The notes beneath the pieces were generated by a model. That model made no database searches, had not been told where the DNA came from, and saw nothing but the letters and a program-made list of their open reading frames with translations. Position numbers and translations under genes: made by a program. Shown piece after piece: positions 62,435 through 64,000 of a stretch of 64,000 nt of DNA; position 1 is the first letter of the stretch; every line of letters starts with the position of its first letter. Source of the stretch: Gekko japonicus (lineage: Eukaryota); NCBI RefSeq assembly GCF_001447785.1, contig NW_015169175.1, forward strand, positions 845,838 through 909,837, in the 5' to 3' direction.

Positions 62435-64000
62435 GTTGTGATTTGATGCAAACAATAGTAACAGTTTTAGACAAAGGATTACCAGTTGAATATAAACAAC
62501 AGTGAATCTATAGAACGAAGTTTGAGTCCAGTGGCACCTTTAAGACCAAAATTATACTTTGTTGGTCTTAAAAGTGCCATTGGACTAAAAAAAAAAAATT
62601 CTATTGCTTCAGACCAACATGGCTATCTACCTGAACAATGGATCTAGTTGCCCTTCAAAAACTATTGGGTAGTGGGGATGACTCCTCCTGCCTAAGCACT
62701 CCATGGAGTCAAGCACCATTTCTACCAGGCCCAGTGGAGCTGTGGACACAACCTTTATGAGCCACACACCAGCCAGTATGTTCATGAAGGCTGGCCTTTT
62801 AACAGACAGCTGTCTCGTGCCTAGGGTTGCCAAACTCCTGGTGGGGATCTCCTGGAATGACTGCTGATTACCAGTCTACAGAGATCAGCTCCCCTGGAGA
62901 AAATGGCTTCTTCTTCTTCTTATCTTCTTACACAGATACACACACACACACACCCCTAACTAAGTAGGTTCTAGCCCTAAAAGCATATCACAATAAAATT
63001 GTTAGTCCTTAGGTGACACAAGTCCTTTCTTTCTTTTTCTTTCTTTTGGACTACCTTTCCTTAACGAGTGGGGTTGCCAAAAGGGCACATGAAGCCAAGC
63101 CCACTCAATTTCATTGCCCAAACCGATTCTTTGCAAGCGTAAATCTTCATAACCTATAGGCAGTGTAAACTAGTGTATTATTCTGAGCCACCTCATATGT
63201 TAAACGTGGGATTTGTCCTTCTAAAAATCACTTTACACTGTACGTGCCCGTTGTGTTTCCAGCATCTATACCAATATAACACTGTGGTGAGAGAAACTAG
63301 TCACCGGGCGATAGGGAAAAGGCGAGTAAGTAATCTATTGATTCATGTGAATGACGCTGTGGGACGGACCTATTTTATTGGGTGGCCAAAGGCTCTGGAG
63401 TTGGACAGAAAAAGCAGTGTCTCCCCCACCCCACCCCACCCCAAGCCAGTTTGCCCGTCTGCAGCCACCCCCTTGCCTCTGCTGCTGCTATCTAGTGGGA
63501 AACTGCCCCAGAGTAGCTGTTCTGTCTATAGGCTATCCAGTCCGCATCAGTTGTACCGGGATGAAATGGTATGCAGTAAGCGCTGGAAACAGGGTAGGCA
63601 TTAGTACAGTGCTGTAAAAAAAAAAAAAAAATCCCACTTATGCCCTGACCTGGATAGCCCAGGCAAGCCCGATCTCATCAGATCTCGGAAGCTAAGCAGG
63701 GCTGACCCTGGCAAGTATTTAGATGGGAGACCTCCAAAGAATACCAGGGTCAGGAGGCAGAGGCAGGCTATCAAGTCACTTCTCTGAACGTCCTCCATGC
63801 CCCAGTAGGAGTCGCCAGTGGTCACCATGACTTCCAGGCATGGGTGCCACACACACGCACACACAAAAATAGCCCAAAAATGTCTATTTACATACTTCTT
63901 GCATCAAAATTATATGTAAATCAGCTCTGAGTTTTATTTCTTGTGTTTGTGGCTACCATCCACACTGAGGACATGCTGCTGAATGTGTACGAGGACGAAA

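Noticed and set aside
63642-63760. 5S rRNA gene
   Set aside because: 5' end replaced, diverged, fused to a SINE tail, and dispersed in many copies, some with TSDs
30000-64000. Exons of the next syntenic gene (TSPAN5 in other amniotes)
   Set aside because: No tetraspanin-like peptide or promoter-type CpG island recognised in this interval

Overview
Vertebrate nuclear DNA, a squamate reptile and probably a gecko (inferred from Sauria-type, Squam3-like and 5S-derived SINEs plus BovB). It covers the conserved METAP1-EIF4E locus. METAP1 exon 1 (minus strand, 2403-2516) and EIF4E (plus strand, ATG 15391) diverge from two separate CpG islands about 12.9 kb apart. EIF4E coding exons 1-6 are intact with GT-AG junctions. 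The last coding exon falls inside a 236-nt N gap (28877-29112), and the conserved 3'UTR follows it. The remaining ~34 kb has no gene I can support and is a dense mix of LINE fragments (L1, L2, CR1, RTE/BovB), SINEs, hAT-type and palindromic MITEs, Penelope-type palindromes with minimal hammerhead cores, and microsatellites. The most unusual items are: (1) a ~770-nt CpG-rich composite element with no TTT run, joining a tRNA/Sauria head, a unique GC-rich middle and a 5S-SINE 3' module (46081-46850); (2) inverted hammerhead-bearing palindromes; (3) an unidentified, possibly decayed ~1.1 kb reading frame upstream of EIF4E; (4) the exon-masking gap. Repeat family names come from pattern recognition, not a database search, and repeat boundaries without a TSD are approximate.
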